Assembly (NCBI RefSeq): GCF_000014785.1
Contig: NC_008340.1
Coordinates: forward strand, 3,210,001 to 3,242,000
Direction of reading: 5' to 3'
Origin: Alkalilimnicola ehrlichii MLHE-1
GTDB taxonomy: Bacteria; Pseudomonadota; Gammaproteobacteria; Nitrococcales; Halorhodospiraceae
Length of the DNA: 32,000 nt
The notes beneath the pieces were generated by a model. It was not told the origin of the DNA. It saw only the letters and a program-made list of their open reading frames with translations, and made no database searches. A program made the position numbers and the translations under genes. Of the stretch, positions 20,261-29,380 are shown in pieces; positions within the stretch are counted from its first letter, which is position 1; the number at the start of each line of letters is the position of its first letter.

Positions 20261-21715
20261 ATGCCCCTGCCCCGCCGCACCAAGATCATCGCCACCCTCG
20301 GGCCAGCCTCCGACGGCCCGCAGATGGCCACCCGGCTGGTGAAGGCCGGGATCGACCTGGTCCGCATCAACTTCTCCCACGGCACGGTGGACGATCACCG
20401 CCGGCGGGTGGAGGCTGTCCGTCAGGCGGCCCGGGAGGCCGGCCGTGAGGTCGGGGTGCTGGCCGACCTGCAAGGTCCGAAGATCCGCATCGAGGGCTTC
20501 CGTAACGGCGCGGTGGACCTCGAGGAGGACGCACCATTCACCCTCGACACCGCTTTGGATAAGGATGCCGGTGACACGGAGCGCGTCGGGGTGGCCTATC
20601 CCCAGCTGGTCCGGGATGTGGAGCCGGGCGACGTCCTGCTTCTGGACGACGGCCGGGTACTGCTCAAGGTGGAGTCGGTCAGCGACACGGCCATCCACTG
20701 CCGGGTCGCCACCGGCGGCCGGTTGTCCAACCGCAAGGGGCTGAACCGCCTCGGCGGCGGCCTCTCCGCGGAGGCGCTGACCGACAAGGACGAGGCGGAT
20801 ATCCGTACCGCGGTGGAACTGGGGGCCGACTATCTGGCGGTCTCGTTCGTGCGCGAGGCGGCGGATGTGGAGCGGGCCCGTGAACTGCTGCAGGCCGCCG
20901 GTGGCAACGCCGGGATCATCGCCAAGATCGAGCGCGCCGAGGCGCTGGATTGCCAGACCGAGATCATCCAGGCTGCCGACGCCATCATGGTGGCCCGCGG
21001 CGACCTGGGCGTGGAGATCGGCGATGCCGCGCTGCCGCAGGTCCAGAAACAACTGATCCACCAGGCCCGCGACCTGAACCGGGTGGTGATCACGGCGACC
21101 CAGATGATGGAGTCCATGATCGAGAGCCCGCTGCCCACGCGCGCCGAGGTCTTCGACGTGGCCAACGCCGTCCTTGACGGCACCGATGCGGTGATGCTCT
21201 CGGCGGAGACCGCGGCCGGTGAATATCCCGACGCGGCGGTGGCGGCCATGGACCGGGTCTGCCGGGAGGCGGAGAAGAGCCGGGCCGCCACCGAGTCCGG
21301 CCACCGGTTGGAGTGCCGCTTCGGCAGCTCCGAGGAGGCGGTGGCCATGGCGGCCATGTACACCGCCAACCACCTGCCGGTGAAGGCGATCATCGCCCTC
21401 ACCGAATCGGGCACCACCGCACTCTGGATGTCCCGTATCCGCTCCGGCATCCCGATCTATGCCTTGACCCGGCACCCGGAGACCCAGGGCCGGGTCACCC
21501 TCTACCGCGGGGTCTACCCCATCGCCTTCGACCCGACCCAGGGCGATGCCGACAGCGTGCGCCAGCGCCTGGTCCAGACGCTGCGGGAGAAGCGGCTGGT
21601 GACGGAGGAGGACCACCTGGTGCTGACCTTCGGCAGTCGGATGGGGGTGGCCGGTGGCACCAACACCATGAAGGTGGTGAAGGTGGGTGACCTGTTGAAC
21701 GGCACGGGGCATTAG
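20261..21715 (+). CDS. pyk: Pyruvate kinase
   Basis: 484 aa, RRTKIIATLGPASD, LVRINFSHG, DLQGPKIRI, IIAKIERAEAL, MVARGDLGVEI, TQMMESMI. Confidence 0.97.
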   Translation: MPLPRRTKIIATLGPASDGPQMATRLVKAGIDLVRINFSHGTVDDHRRRVEAVRQAAREAGREVGVLADLQGPKIRIEGFRNGAVDLEEDAPFTLDTALDKDAGDTERVGVAYPQLVRDVEPGDVLLLDDGRVLLKVESVSDTAIHCRVATGGRLSNRKGLNRLGGGLSAEALTDKDEADIRTAVELGADYLAVSFVREAADVERARELLQAAGGNAGIIAKIERAEALDCQTEIIQAADAIMVARGDLGVEIGDAALPQVQKQLIHQARDLNRVVITATQMMESMIESPLPTRAEVFDVANAVLDGTDAVMLSAETAAGEYPDAAVAAMDRVCREAEKSRAATESGHRLECRFGSSEEAVAMAAMYTANHLPVKAIIALTESGTTALWMSRIRSGIPIYALTRHPETQGRVTLYRGVYPIAFDPTQGDADSVRQRLVQTLREKRLVTEEDHLVLTFGSRMGVAGGTNTMKVVKVGDLLNGTGH

Positions 21716-21732
21716 GCAACGACGGAAACCTG

Positions 21733-21790
21733 GCCGGTCCCTTTTTTGGGGCCGGCGTGAAACCCGGTATCCCGGCCTGAGGTGCAGGCC
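21733..21790 (+). promoter_or_regulatory. Two stem-loops between pyk and fba
   Basis: GCCGGTCCC-tttttt-GGGGCCGGC (21733-21756, one G-U) and GGCCTG-aggtg-CAGGCC (21774-21790). Confidence 0.45.
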
Positions 21791-21816
21791 GCTATTCTTG
21801 GTAACGGAGGAAAACC

Positions 21817-22881
21817 ATGGCGCTCATCACGCTGCGACAGTTGCTGGACCATGCCGCCGAGCACGGCTACGGCATGCCGGCATTCAACGCCAACAATATG
21901 GAGCAATTTCACGCCATCATGGAGGCGGCCCGGGAGACGGACAGCCCGGTGATCCTGCAGAGTTCCGCCGGGGCGCGTAAGTACGCCGGCGAGCCCTTTT
22001 TCCGCCACATGATGCATGCGGCGGTGGAGCAGTACCCGGATATCCCGCTGTGCATCCACCAGGACCATGGCGCTTCGCCGGCGGTGTGCCTGCGCTCGAT
22101 CCAGAGCGGCTTCACCTCGGTGATGATGGACGGCTCCCTGCGCGAGGACATGAAGACCCCCTCGGACTATGAGTACAACGCCCGGGTGACCCGTACGGTC
22201 TCGGAGATTGCCCATGCCGGCGGGGTCTCGGTGGAGGGCGAGCTGGGCTGTCTGGGCTCGTTGGAGACGGGCGAGGCCGGCGAGGAGGACGGCTCCGGTG
22301 CCGAAGGCAAGCTGTCCAAGGAGATGATGCTGACCGATCCGGAGGAGGCGGCGCAGTTCGTGCGCGAGACCCACGTGGATGCGTTGGCGATCGCGATCGG
22401 CACCAGCCACGGCGCGTACAAGTTCACCCGTCCGCCGACAGGGGATATTCTGGCGATTGAGCGGATCAAGGAGATCCATGCGCGCATCCCGGACACCCAC
22501 TTGGTGATGCACGGCTCTTCCTCGGTGCCGCAGGAGTGGTTGGAGATCATCAACCAGTTCGGCGGGGAGATGCCGGAGACCTATGGGGTGCCGGTGGAGG
22601 AGATCCAGGAGGGGATCCGCCACGGGGTGCGTAAGGTGAATGTGGACACGGATCTGCGTCTCGCCGCCACCGGTGCGGTGCGCCGGCATCTGGCGGAGAA
22701 CCCGTCCAACTTCGATCCGCGCAAGTTCCTGAAGGCGGCCACGGAAGCCATGAAGGACATCTGCAAGGCCCGCTACGAGGCTTTCGGCAGTGCCGGTCAG
22801 GCTTCCAAGATCAAGCCCATTGGTCTGATGGACATGGTGGAGCGCTACGCCAGCGGCGAGCTCGACCCGAAGGTGTCCTGA
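21817..22881 (+). CDS. fba: Fructose-bisphosphate aldolase, class II
   Basis: 354 aa, [30 protein letters not shown], with [15 protein letters not shown] and HGSSSVP motifs. Confidence 0.96.
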   Translation: MALITLRQLLDHAAEHGYGMPAFNANNMEQFHAIMEAARETDSPVILQSSAGARKYAGEPFFRHMMHAAVEQYPDIPLCIHQDHGASPAVCLRSIQSGFTSVMMDGSLREDMKTPSDYEYNARVTRTVSEIAHAGGVSVEGELGCLGSLETGEAGEEDGSGAEGKLSKEMMLTDPEEAAQFVRETHVDALAIAIGTSHGAYKFTRPPTGDILAIERIKEIHARIPDTHLVMHGSSSVPQEWLEIINQFGGEMPETYGVPVEEIQEGIRHGVRKVNVDTDLRLAATGAVRRHLAENPSNFDPRKFLKAATEAMKDICKARYEAFGSAGQASKIKPIGLMDMVERYASGELDPKVS

Positions 22882-22925
22882 AGCAACACAGGTGACTCAA
22901 AGGGGTTGATCCCCTTCCTGTGTGG

Positions 22926-22960
22926 CCCCGGTCCGCTGCTTGGCGGGCCGGGGTTTTTTT
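22926..22960 (+). terminator. Rho-independent terminator after fba
   Basis: CCCCGGTCCGC-tgcttg-GCGGGCCGGGG followed by seven T residues (22954-22960). Confidence 0.88.
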
Positions 22961-23035
22961 GAAAGGCGGCGGGGCTTTAAGGCTTGCGGTGGGGTTGCCG
23001 CTGGGATAGCCCCAGCGCAGTGCCCCACCGGAAGT

Positions 23036-24445
23036 TTAGAAAGGCAGCGACAGCCCCGGCCGGATGCTCTCCAGCAGGGCGCGGAACGCCGCCTTGATCC
23101 GCTCCAGCGCGGCCTCGTCGTCGGCCTCGAAGCGCAGCACCAGGCTCGGCGTGGTGTTGGAGCTGCGGATCAGGCCCCAGCCGTCGGGGAACTCCACCCG
23201 CAGGCCGTCGATGGTGTGCAGTGTGGCATCGGTGAACCGCTCGCGGCCGGCCGCCAGCAGGCGCTCCATAAGCGGCGTCGGCTCCCCCTCCTCCAGGTTC
23301 ACCCGCAACTCCGGGGTGCTCACCGCGTCGGGCAGGGCGGCGAAGACCTCGGCGCTGCTGCCTGCCCGGCGGGCCAGGATCTCCAGCAGACGGGCGCCGG
23401 TGTAGAGGGCGTCGTCGAAGCCGTACCAGCGCTCCTCGAAGAAGATGTGGCCGCTCATCTCACCGGCCAGGGGTGCGCCCGTCTCCTTGAGCTTGGCCTT
23501 GATCAGCGAGTGCCCCGTTTTCCACATGCAGGGCTCGCCCCCCGCCTCGCGGATCACCCGGGCCAGATGCGCTGAGCACTTCACATCGAAGATCACCGGC
23601 TCACCGGGCCGGCGGGAGAGCACATCCTGAGCGTAGAGCATTAGCTGGCGGTCCGGCCAGATGATCCGGCCCTCGTTGTCCACCACCCCCAGGCGGTCAC
23701 CGTCGCCGTCAAAGGCCAGGCCGACGTCAGCGCCACCGGCCCGCACCCGGTCGATCAGCTCGGCGACATTCTTCGGCTCCGCCGGGTCCGGGTGGTGGTT
23801 GGGGAAGGACCCGTCCACCTCGCAGTAAAGCGCCTCCACCTCGCAACCCAGCGCCCGGAACAGCGCCGGGGCCACTGCCCCGGCGACGCCGTTGCCCGCA
23901 TCCAGGACCACCTTGAGCGGACGATCGGGCCGCACGTCACCGGTCACCCGCGCCAGATAGTCCGGGACGATGTCGTACGTCTCGCGGGTACCGGGGGCAT
24001 CAGCACGGGCGTAGTCACCCTCATGCACCCGCCGCCGCAGGTCCTGGATGTCGTCCCCGGAGAGGGTCCGGCCGCCGGCCATGATCTTCATGCCGTTATA
24101 CTCCGGCGGATTATGGCTGCCGGTGACCATCACCCCGGCGCCGGTGCCCAGGTGGTGGGTGGCGAAGTACATCAGCGGCGTGGGGACGCAGCCCAGGTCG
24201 ATGACGTCCCGCCCGACCTGTTGCAGCCCCTCGGTCAGGCCCGCCACCAGCTCCGGGCTGGAGTGACGGCCATCGCGGGCCACGATAACGCGCCGCTGGC
24301 CCTGGTCGGCGGCCTCGCTGCCGATGGCCCGGCCCAACAGCCGGGCCACGTCGGCATTGAAGCCCTGGGTGACGATGCCGCGGATGTCGTAGGTGCGGAA
24401 GATGCTGTCCGGCAGGCCCGGGGCCTGGTCCTTCTTCTCACTCAT
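23036..24445 (-). CDS. Phosphomannomutase/phosphoglucomutase (AlgC/ManB type)
   Basis: 469 aa, SIFRTYDIRGIV, GVMVTGSHNPPEYNGMK, DGDGDRLG and GEMSGHIFF motifs. Confidence 0.94.
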   Translation of the reverse strand: MSEKKDQAPGLPDSIFRTYDIRGIVTQGFNADVARLLGRAIGSEAADQGQRRVIVARDGRHSSPELVAGLTEGLQQVGRDVIDLGCVPTPLMYFATHHLGTGAGVMVTGSHNPPEYNGMKIMAGGRTLSGDDIQDLRRRVHEGDYARADAPGTRETYDIVPDYLARVTGDVRPDRPLKVVLDAGNGVAGAVAPALFRALGCEVEALYCEVDGSFPNHHPDPAEPKNVAELIDRVRAGGADVGLAFDGDGDRLGVVDNEGRIIWPDRQLMLYAQDVLSRRPGEPVIFDVKCSAHLARVIREAGGEPCMWKTGHSLIKAKLKETGAPLAGEMSGHIFFEERWYGFDDALYTGARLLEILARRAGSSAEVFAALPDAVSTPELRVNLEEGEPTPLMERLLAAGRERFTDATLHTIDGLRVEFPDGWGLIRSSNTTPSLVLRFEADDEAALERIKAAFRALLESIRPGLSLPF

Positions 24446-24496
24446 GGTCCTTTCCGTCCTCTGGCTTGTTCGGTTATAACGCCTTCACAGGGCCCT

Positions 24497-24694
24497 GCCT
24501 TGCGGTTGTGGGGGGCGATCATCGGGCCGGCCTCCAGTTGCGCACCCCTTCGGGGTACCCTGCGCTACTCACAAAAAATCGGCGCGCGTGAACTCGCTTC
24601 GCTCAAACAGGCACGCGCTTCATCCGATTTTTTGCTGCGTTGCTCGGTGCGCAAAGTCGGCCGGCCCGGTGATCGCCCCCCACAACCGCAAGGC
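24497..24694. repeat. Nested imperfect palindromic element of about 198 bp
   Basis: 36-bp outer arms with one mismatch: GCCTTGCGGTTGTGGGGGGCGATCATCGGGCCGGCC (24497-24532) and GGCCGGCCCGGTGATCGCCCCCCACAACCGCAAGGC (24659-24694). Inner pairs are TTGCGCACC/GGTGCGCAA (24538-24546/24646-24654), CAAAAAATCGG/CCGATTTTTTG (24572-24582/24624-24634) and GCGCGTG/CACGCGC (24584-24590/24612-24618). Confidence 0.85.
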
Positions 24695-24703
24695 CGGATG
24701 AAG

Positions 24704-25162
24704 TCAGTGCCGGCCGGTATGGCCAAAGCCCCCCTCACCCCGGGTGCTAGGCGTGAACTCGTCCACCACCTGAAAGCGCGGCCGCAGCACCGGCACGAAG
24801 ACCAGCTGCGCCACCCGCTCGCCCGGATTGATCACGAAGGGCTCGATCCCCCGGTTCCAGCAGGAGATCAGGATCTGCCCCTGATAGTCGGAGTCGATCA
24901 GGCCCACCAGATTGCCCAGCACGATGCCGTGCTTGTGGCCCAGTCCGGAGCGGGGCAGTACGGTCGCGGCCATGCCGGCGTCCGCCATGTGCACCGCCAT
25001 GCCACTGGGCAGCAGTTCGGTCTGCCCCGGCGCCAGGGTCAGCGGGGCATCCAGGCAGGCGCGCAGGTCCACTCCGGCCGAGCCGTCGGTGGCGTACGCA
25101 GGCAGGGGCCATTCACTGCCCAGACGGGGATCGAGAATCTTCAGTTCCACGGGTTGCGGCAT
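24704..25162 (-). CDS. dut: Deoxyuridine 5'-triphosphate nucleotidohydrolase
   Basis: 152 aa, [42 protein letters not shown]. The final Gly-rich motif reads [12 protein letters not shown]. Confidence 0.96.
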   Translation of the reverse strand: MPQPVELKILDPRLGSEWPLPAYATDGSAGVDLRACLDAPLTLAPGQTELLPSGMAVHMADAGMAATVLPRSGLGHKHGIVLGNLVGLIDSDYQGQILISCWNRGIEPFVINPGERVAQLVFVPVLRPRFQVVDEFTPSTRGEGGFGHTGRH

Positions 25163-26366
25163 GGTGATAGCGCTCGGTGATCAGGTTAATGAGTTGACGG
25201 GCCAATGCCGGCTTGTCGGCACGGGCCAGGCTGGTATGGCCGCCCCCGGGCCAGTAGACCTCCAGGGCGTTGTCGTCGGTATGAAACCCCCGGTCCGCCC
25301 CCACCCAGTTGGCGGCGATCATATCCAGCCCTTTGCGGGCCAGCTTGCCCCGGGCGTGGGCCTCCAGCGCGTCGGTCTCAGCAGCGAAGCCCACCGTGAA
25401 GGGACGGTACTGCTCTAGGGCCGCCACCTCGCGCAGGATATCGGGGTTGGGTACCAGACGCAGGGCCGTCTCGCTGTCGGTTTTTTTGATCTTGCTGCCG
25501 GCGCTCTGCTCCGGGCGGTAGTCGGCCACCGCCGCCGCGGCAATGAAGATATCGGCGCCGGCGACCCGATCCATGACCGCCCGGTGCATGTCCCGGGCAC
25601 TCTCCACGGCGACGGTCTCGACCCCATGCGGCGCCGGCAGCTCAGTGGGACCGCTGATCAAGAGCACCCGCGCCCCGGCATCGCGGGCGGCGGCGGCCAG
25701 GGCGTGCCCCATCTTCCCGGAGCTGTGGTTGGTGAGGTAACGGACCGGATCCAGGGCCTCGCGGGTCGGCCCGGAGGTGATCAGCACGGTCCGCCCGGAC
25801 AGGACGCCCGGGCCCGGCCCGGCGGCATCGCCCAGCAGGGCCTCGACCAGTTCCAAAGGCTCCAGCATGCGCCCGGCGCCGGTCTCGCCGCAGGCCTGGT
25901 CGCCCTCGCCCGGGCCCAGCAGGCGCACGCCCCGGGCAGTCAGGCGTTCACAATTGGCACGGGTGGCCGGCGCGCGCCACATCACTTGGTTCATGGCCGG
26001 GGCCACCGCAATGGGCGCCTCGGTGGCCAGGCACAGGGTGGTGAGCAGGTCATCGGCAAAACCGGAGGCGAGGCGGGCGAGAAAATTGGCGCTGGCCGGG
26101 GCCACCAGAATCTGGTCGGCCCAGCGGGCGAGTTCGATGTGGCCCATGGCCGCCTCGGCCTCGGCGTCCAGCAGCTCGGTGGCCACCCGGTGGCCGGAGA
26201 CCGCCTGCAGCGTGAGCGGGGTAACGAAGCCCTGGGCCCCCTCCGTCATCACCACGCGGACCTCGAGCCCGCGCTCGCGCAGCCGCCGCACCAGGTCCGG
26301 TGTCTTGTAGGCGGCGATACCGCCGGTCATGCCCACCACGATTCGCTGGATGGCTGACGTACTCAT
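25113..26366 (-). CDS. coaBC: Bifunctional phosphopantothenoylcysteine decarboxylase/phosphopantothenate-cysteine ligase
   Basis: 417 aa, [39 protein letters not shown]-like segment, and [27 protein letters not shown]. Overlaps dut by 50 nt. Confidence 0.96.
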   Translation of the reverse strand: MSTSAIQRIVVGMTGGIAAYKTPDLVRRLRERGLEVRVVMTEGAQGFVTPLTLQAVSGHRVATELLDAEAEAAMGHIELARWADQILVAPASANFLARLASGFADDLLTTLCLATEAPIAVAPAMNQVMWRAPATRANCERLTARGVRLLGPGEGDQACGETGAGRMLEPLELVEALLGDAAGPGPGVLSGRTVLITSGPTREALDPVRYLTNHSSGKMGHALAAAARDAGARVLLISGPTELPAPHGVETVAVESARDMHRAVMDRVAGADIFIAAAAVADYRPEQSAGSKIKKTDSETALRLVPNPDILREVAALEQYRPFTVGFAAETDALEAHARGKLARKGLDMIAANWVGADRGFHTDDNALEVYWPGGGHTSLARADKPALARQLINLITERYHHAATRGTEDSRSPSGQ

Positions 26367-26459
26367 GAGCTGGCCCGATTAATGATGTGCCGCAAGCTTA
26401 ACGTATATCACCACGGTCCGGCACGCTGACACCCCAGGGCCGGTGGCCGGCGCGGGCCG

Positions 26460-27845
26460 TTAGAAGACCCCCAGCGCATTGAGAAAGACCAGCACGATCG
26501 CCAGCGGCACGAGCCAGCGGATCAGGGTCAGCCAGGCACTGAACATCGGGTGACTGAGTTGCAGCTCCGCCTCCGCCACCCGGCGGGGCAGCACCCAGCC
26601 CACATAGAGCGCCACCAGCAACCCGCCCAGCGGCAGCATGATGGCGAAGGTGAGGAATTCCATCAGGTCCATGAACCCCATACCGGCGATGGAAAAGCCA
26701 CTCATCACGTTCAGCGACAGGGCCGAGAGGATGCCCATGGCCCAGGCGGCCAGGGCGACCACCGCCGCCGCCCGGCGCCGACTCCAGCCGCGGTTCTCCA
26801 CCAGGTAGGCAGTCGCCGGTTCCATGATGGAGATGGCGGAGGTCCAGGCGGCAAAGCTCAACAGGACGAAGAACAGGGTCCCGAACAGCGCGCCGGCCGG
26901 CATCTGGCCGAAACCGGCGGACAGAGTGATGAAAACCAGCCCCGCGCCGGAGTCGGGCTCCAGACCGACGGCGAAGACGATGGGGAAGACCGCGAGCCCG
27001 GCGATCAGGGCGATGGCGGTGTCCGCACCGGCGATGATCACCGAGTTCTGAGGGATGGACGAGCGCGACGACAAATAGGAGCCATAGACCATGATCGCCC
27101 CCATCCCCAGACTCAGGGTGAAGAAGGCCTGCCCCACCGCGCCCAGCATCAGCGCACCCAGCGACCCGGCCTCACCGCCGGCCAGCAGCTCACCCAGATC
27201 GGGCAAAAAGAGGTAGCGCATGGCCTCAGCAAAGGCCCCGGCGCCCATGCCGTAACCCACCAGGAGAATCAGCAGCAGGAAGAGCGCCGGCATGAGGAAG
27301 CGCACCGCCTTCTCCAGGCCGCTGCGCACGCCCCGCGAAACCACCGCAAAGCACAGGGCCATGAACACGCTGTGCCAGAGCACCAGCTCCAACGGTCGGT
27401 CCAACAGGCCCGCAAAGAGTTCACCGACCCGGTCGGCGCCGGCGTCGAGGAAGGCGCCGCCGGCAGTCATCGGCACGTAGGCCAACGACCAGCCGGCCAC
27501 GACGCTGTAGAAGGAGAGGATGATGAACCCCGCCAGTACCCCCATCCAGCCAAGCAAGACCCAGGCCCGCTGAGTACCGTACTCGCGGCAGAGGGTGCTC
27601 AGAGTATTGATAGGGCTCTGCCGACCGTGGCGGCCGAGCAGGATCTCCCCCATCATCACCGGGATACCGACGCCGAGCACGAATAACAGGTAGACCACCA
27701 CGAAGGCACCGCCACCGCTCTCCCCCACCACGTAGGGGAAACGCCAAATATTGCCCAGCCCCACGGCGGAGCCGGTGGCGGCGAGTATAAAGGCCCAGCG
27801 CGAGCCCCATTGTCCATGGATGGACGTGCGTTGACTGCGTGCCAT
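26460..27845 (-). CDS. Sodium-dependent transporter, neurotransmitter:sodium symporter (SNF/NSS) family
   Basis: 461 aa, WGSRWAFILAATGSAVGLGNIWRFPYVVGESGGGAFVVVYL signature and about 11-12 hydrophobic segments. Confidence 0.95.
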   Translation of the reverse strand: MARSQRTSIHGQWGSRWAFILAATGSAVGLGNIWRFPYVVGESGGGAFVVVYLLFVLGVGIPVMMGEILLGRHGRQSPINTLSTLCREYGTQRAWVLLGWMGVLAGFIILSFYSVVAGWSLAYVPMTAGGAFLDAGADRVGELFAGLLDRPLELVLWHSVFMALCFAVVSRGVRSGLEKAVRFLMPALFLLLILLVGYGMGAGAFAEAMRYLFLPDLGELLAGGEAGSLGALMLGAVGQAFFTLSLGMGAIMVYGSYLSSRSSIPQNSVIIAGADTAIALIAGLAVFPIVFAVGLEPDSGAGLVFITLSAGFGQMPAGALFGTLFFVLLSFAAWTSAISIMEPATAYLVENRGWSRRRAAAVVALAAWAMGILSALSLNVMSGFSIAGMGFMDLMEFLTFAIMLPLGGLLVALYVGWVLPRRVAEAELQLSHPMFSAWLTLIRWLVPLAIVLVFLNALGVF

Positions 27846-27903
27846 GATCCCCCCCAGGCCAGGGCAAGGCCCTCGGCCCGTTCCTTGTTGGCTGGTCCCC
27901 GCC

Positions 27904-28734
27904 TCAGCCGACCAGTTCTATCCCTTCGGGCAGACTGATGTCCATGGTGATCGGCAGGTGGTCCGACAACGGATAGTCCAGTACCCGCACATGCCCCACC
28001 TCCAGCGACGAGGACAGCAGGATATGGTCGATGTTGCGCTGTGGCTTCCAGGACGGGAAGGTGTGCAGGTCGTGCACCGGCTCCAGTAGCTCGGTGCGAT
28101 CGACCAGGGTGGTGAACTCCGGGCTGCGGGAGTGGCAGTTGAAGTCCCCCATCACGATCACATGCCGGTGCTCGTTGATCAGGTCGGCCAGGTAGGCGAG
28201 CTGGGTCGCGCGGGCCCGCCGCGACAGGGCCAGGTGCACGATGATGACATTCAGCGCCTCACCGGCGCCGCCGAAGCGCAGGTGCAACGCGCCCCGGCCC
28301 GGGACCCGGCCCGGCAGTGCATGCTCATCGATGGAGGCGGGGCGGTACCGGGTCAACAGCCCGTTGCTGTGCTGGGCCAGTCGGCCCAGGTTGCGATTGG
28401 TCTGGTAGTACCAGTAGGGGAAGGTGCCCCGGCGCGCCAGATACTCCACCTGATTGACATAGCCGGTCCGGAAGCTGCCCGCGTCCACCTCCTGCAGGCC
28501 CACCAGGTCATACTGATGGAGCATGTGGCCCATGCGGTCCAGGTTGCCCTCGCGGCTGGACGAGGGCCAGAAGTGCTGCCAGCCGCGGGTAACGTAGTGG
28601 TGGTAACGGCGGGTCTCCAGCCCGCTCTGGATGTTGTAGCTCATCACCCGCAGCTGGCGCGGCGGCTCCCGCTCGATAACCGGATCCAGGGCGGTGTAGG
28701 CGCCCTCGGGGGTACGATGGGCGAGTCCGATCAT
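27904..28734 (-). CDS. Endonuclease/exonuclease/phosphatase (EEP) superfamily protein
   Basis: LRVMSYNIQSGLETRR, VGLQEVDAGS, VIVMGDFNCHSRSPEF, NIDHILLSS, PLSDHLPI. The likely start is MIGLAHRTPEG at 28734 rather than the ORF start at 28797. Confidence 0.87.
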   Translation of the reverse strand: MIGLAHRTPEGAYTALDPVIEREPPRQLRVMSYNIQSGLETRRYHHYVTRGWQHFWPSSSREGNLDRMGHMLHQYDLVGLQEVDAGSFRTGYVNQVEYLARRGTFPYWYYQTNRNLGRLAQHSNGLLTRYRPASIDEHALPGRVPGRGALHLRFGGAGEALNVIIVHLALSRRARATQLAYLADLINEHRHVIVMGDFNCHSRSPEFTTLVDRTELLEPVHDLHTFPSWKPQRNIDHILLSSSLEVGHVRVLDYPLSDHLPITMDISLPEGIELVG

Positions 28735-28741
28735 CGGCCCC

Positions 28742-29377
28742 CTACTCCGCCGCCCGCGCCGCTTCGCGCTCGCCCGCCAGGTACTCAATGGCCTCAATCA
28801 TCCGGGCCTGAGAGCCGGCCTGGCCGCCGGTGATCCGGTAGCGGCCGTCCACCGCCACCGTGGGCGTGCTGCGCACCTGGTAGTCCCGCGCCAGCGCCAT
28901 GGCCCGCCGGGTCCGGGTCTGAACCGCGCGGGAGTCCCACGCCTCGTCGAAGGCCTCGGGGCTCACCCCGCGCTCGGCAAAGAAGTCACGCACCTCGCCC
29001 TGACTGACCAGGGCGCGGCCCTGGTCGTGCAGCGCCACATAGATGTCGTCGTGCACCTCATCCACCACACCCAACGCCTGGGCGGTGAAATAGGCCCGCA
29101 CATGGGCCTGGTCCTGGGGGCGCAGGGGGATGGGCACCCGCACCAGGCTCACGTCCCTTTCGGTTTGCTGGTACCAGTCATGGAGGGGCCCGTTGAACCG
29201 ACGGCAAGCCGGGCAACTATAGGCGAAGAACTCGGTGACCTCGACCTGATCACCGCTGGTGGTCCGGCGCGGTTCGTCGAAGACGTGGTAGTCCCGGCCG
29301 GCTTCGAAGTCCGCCGCCAGCGCCGGCAGGGCCAGCAGGGCCAGGAACAGCGCGCTCAGCAGTCGCATCGGTTTCAT
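28742..29377 (-). CDS. dsbA: Thiol:disulfide interchange protein DsbA
   Basis: 211 aa with a signal peptide (MKPMRLLSALFLALLALPALA), EFFAYSCPACRRFNG thioredoxin-like active site, and cis-Pro context STPTVAVDGRY. Confidence 0.93.
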   Translation of the reverse strand: MKPMRLLSALFLALLALPALAADFEAGRDYHVFDEPRRTTSGDQVEVTEFFAYSCPACRRFNGPLHDWYQQTERDVSLVRVPIPLRPQDQAHVRAYFTAQALGVVDEVHDDIYVALHDQGRALVSQGEVRDFFAERGVSPEAFDEAWDSRAVQTRTRRAMALARDYQVRSTPTVAVDGRYRITGGQAGSQARMIEAIEYLAGEREAARAAE

Positions 29378-29380
29378 GAT

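Noticed and set aside
20222-21712. 496-aa minus-strand ORF opposite pyk, with similar long antisense ORFs opposite gap (15297-16682), pgk (19196-20221) and cbbO (13762-14847)
   Set aside because: All lie opposite confidently identified enzymes and have biased composition without family motifs.
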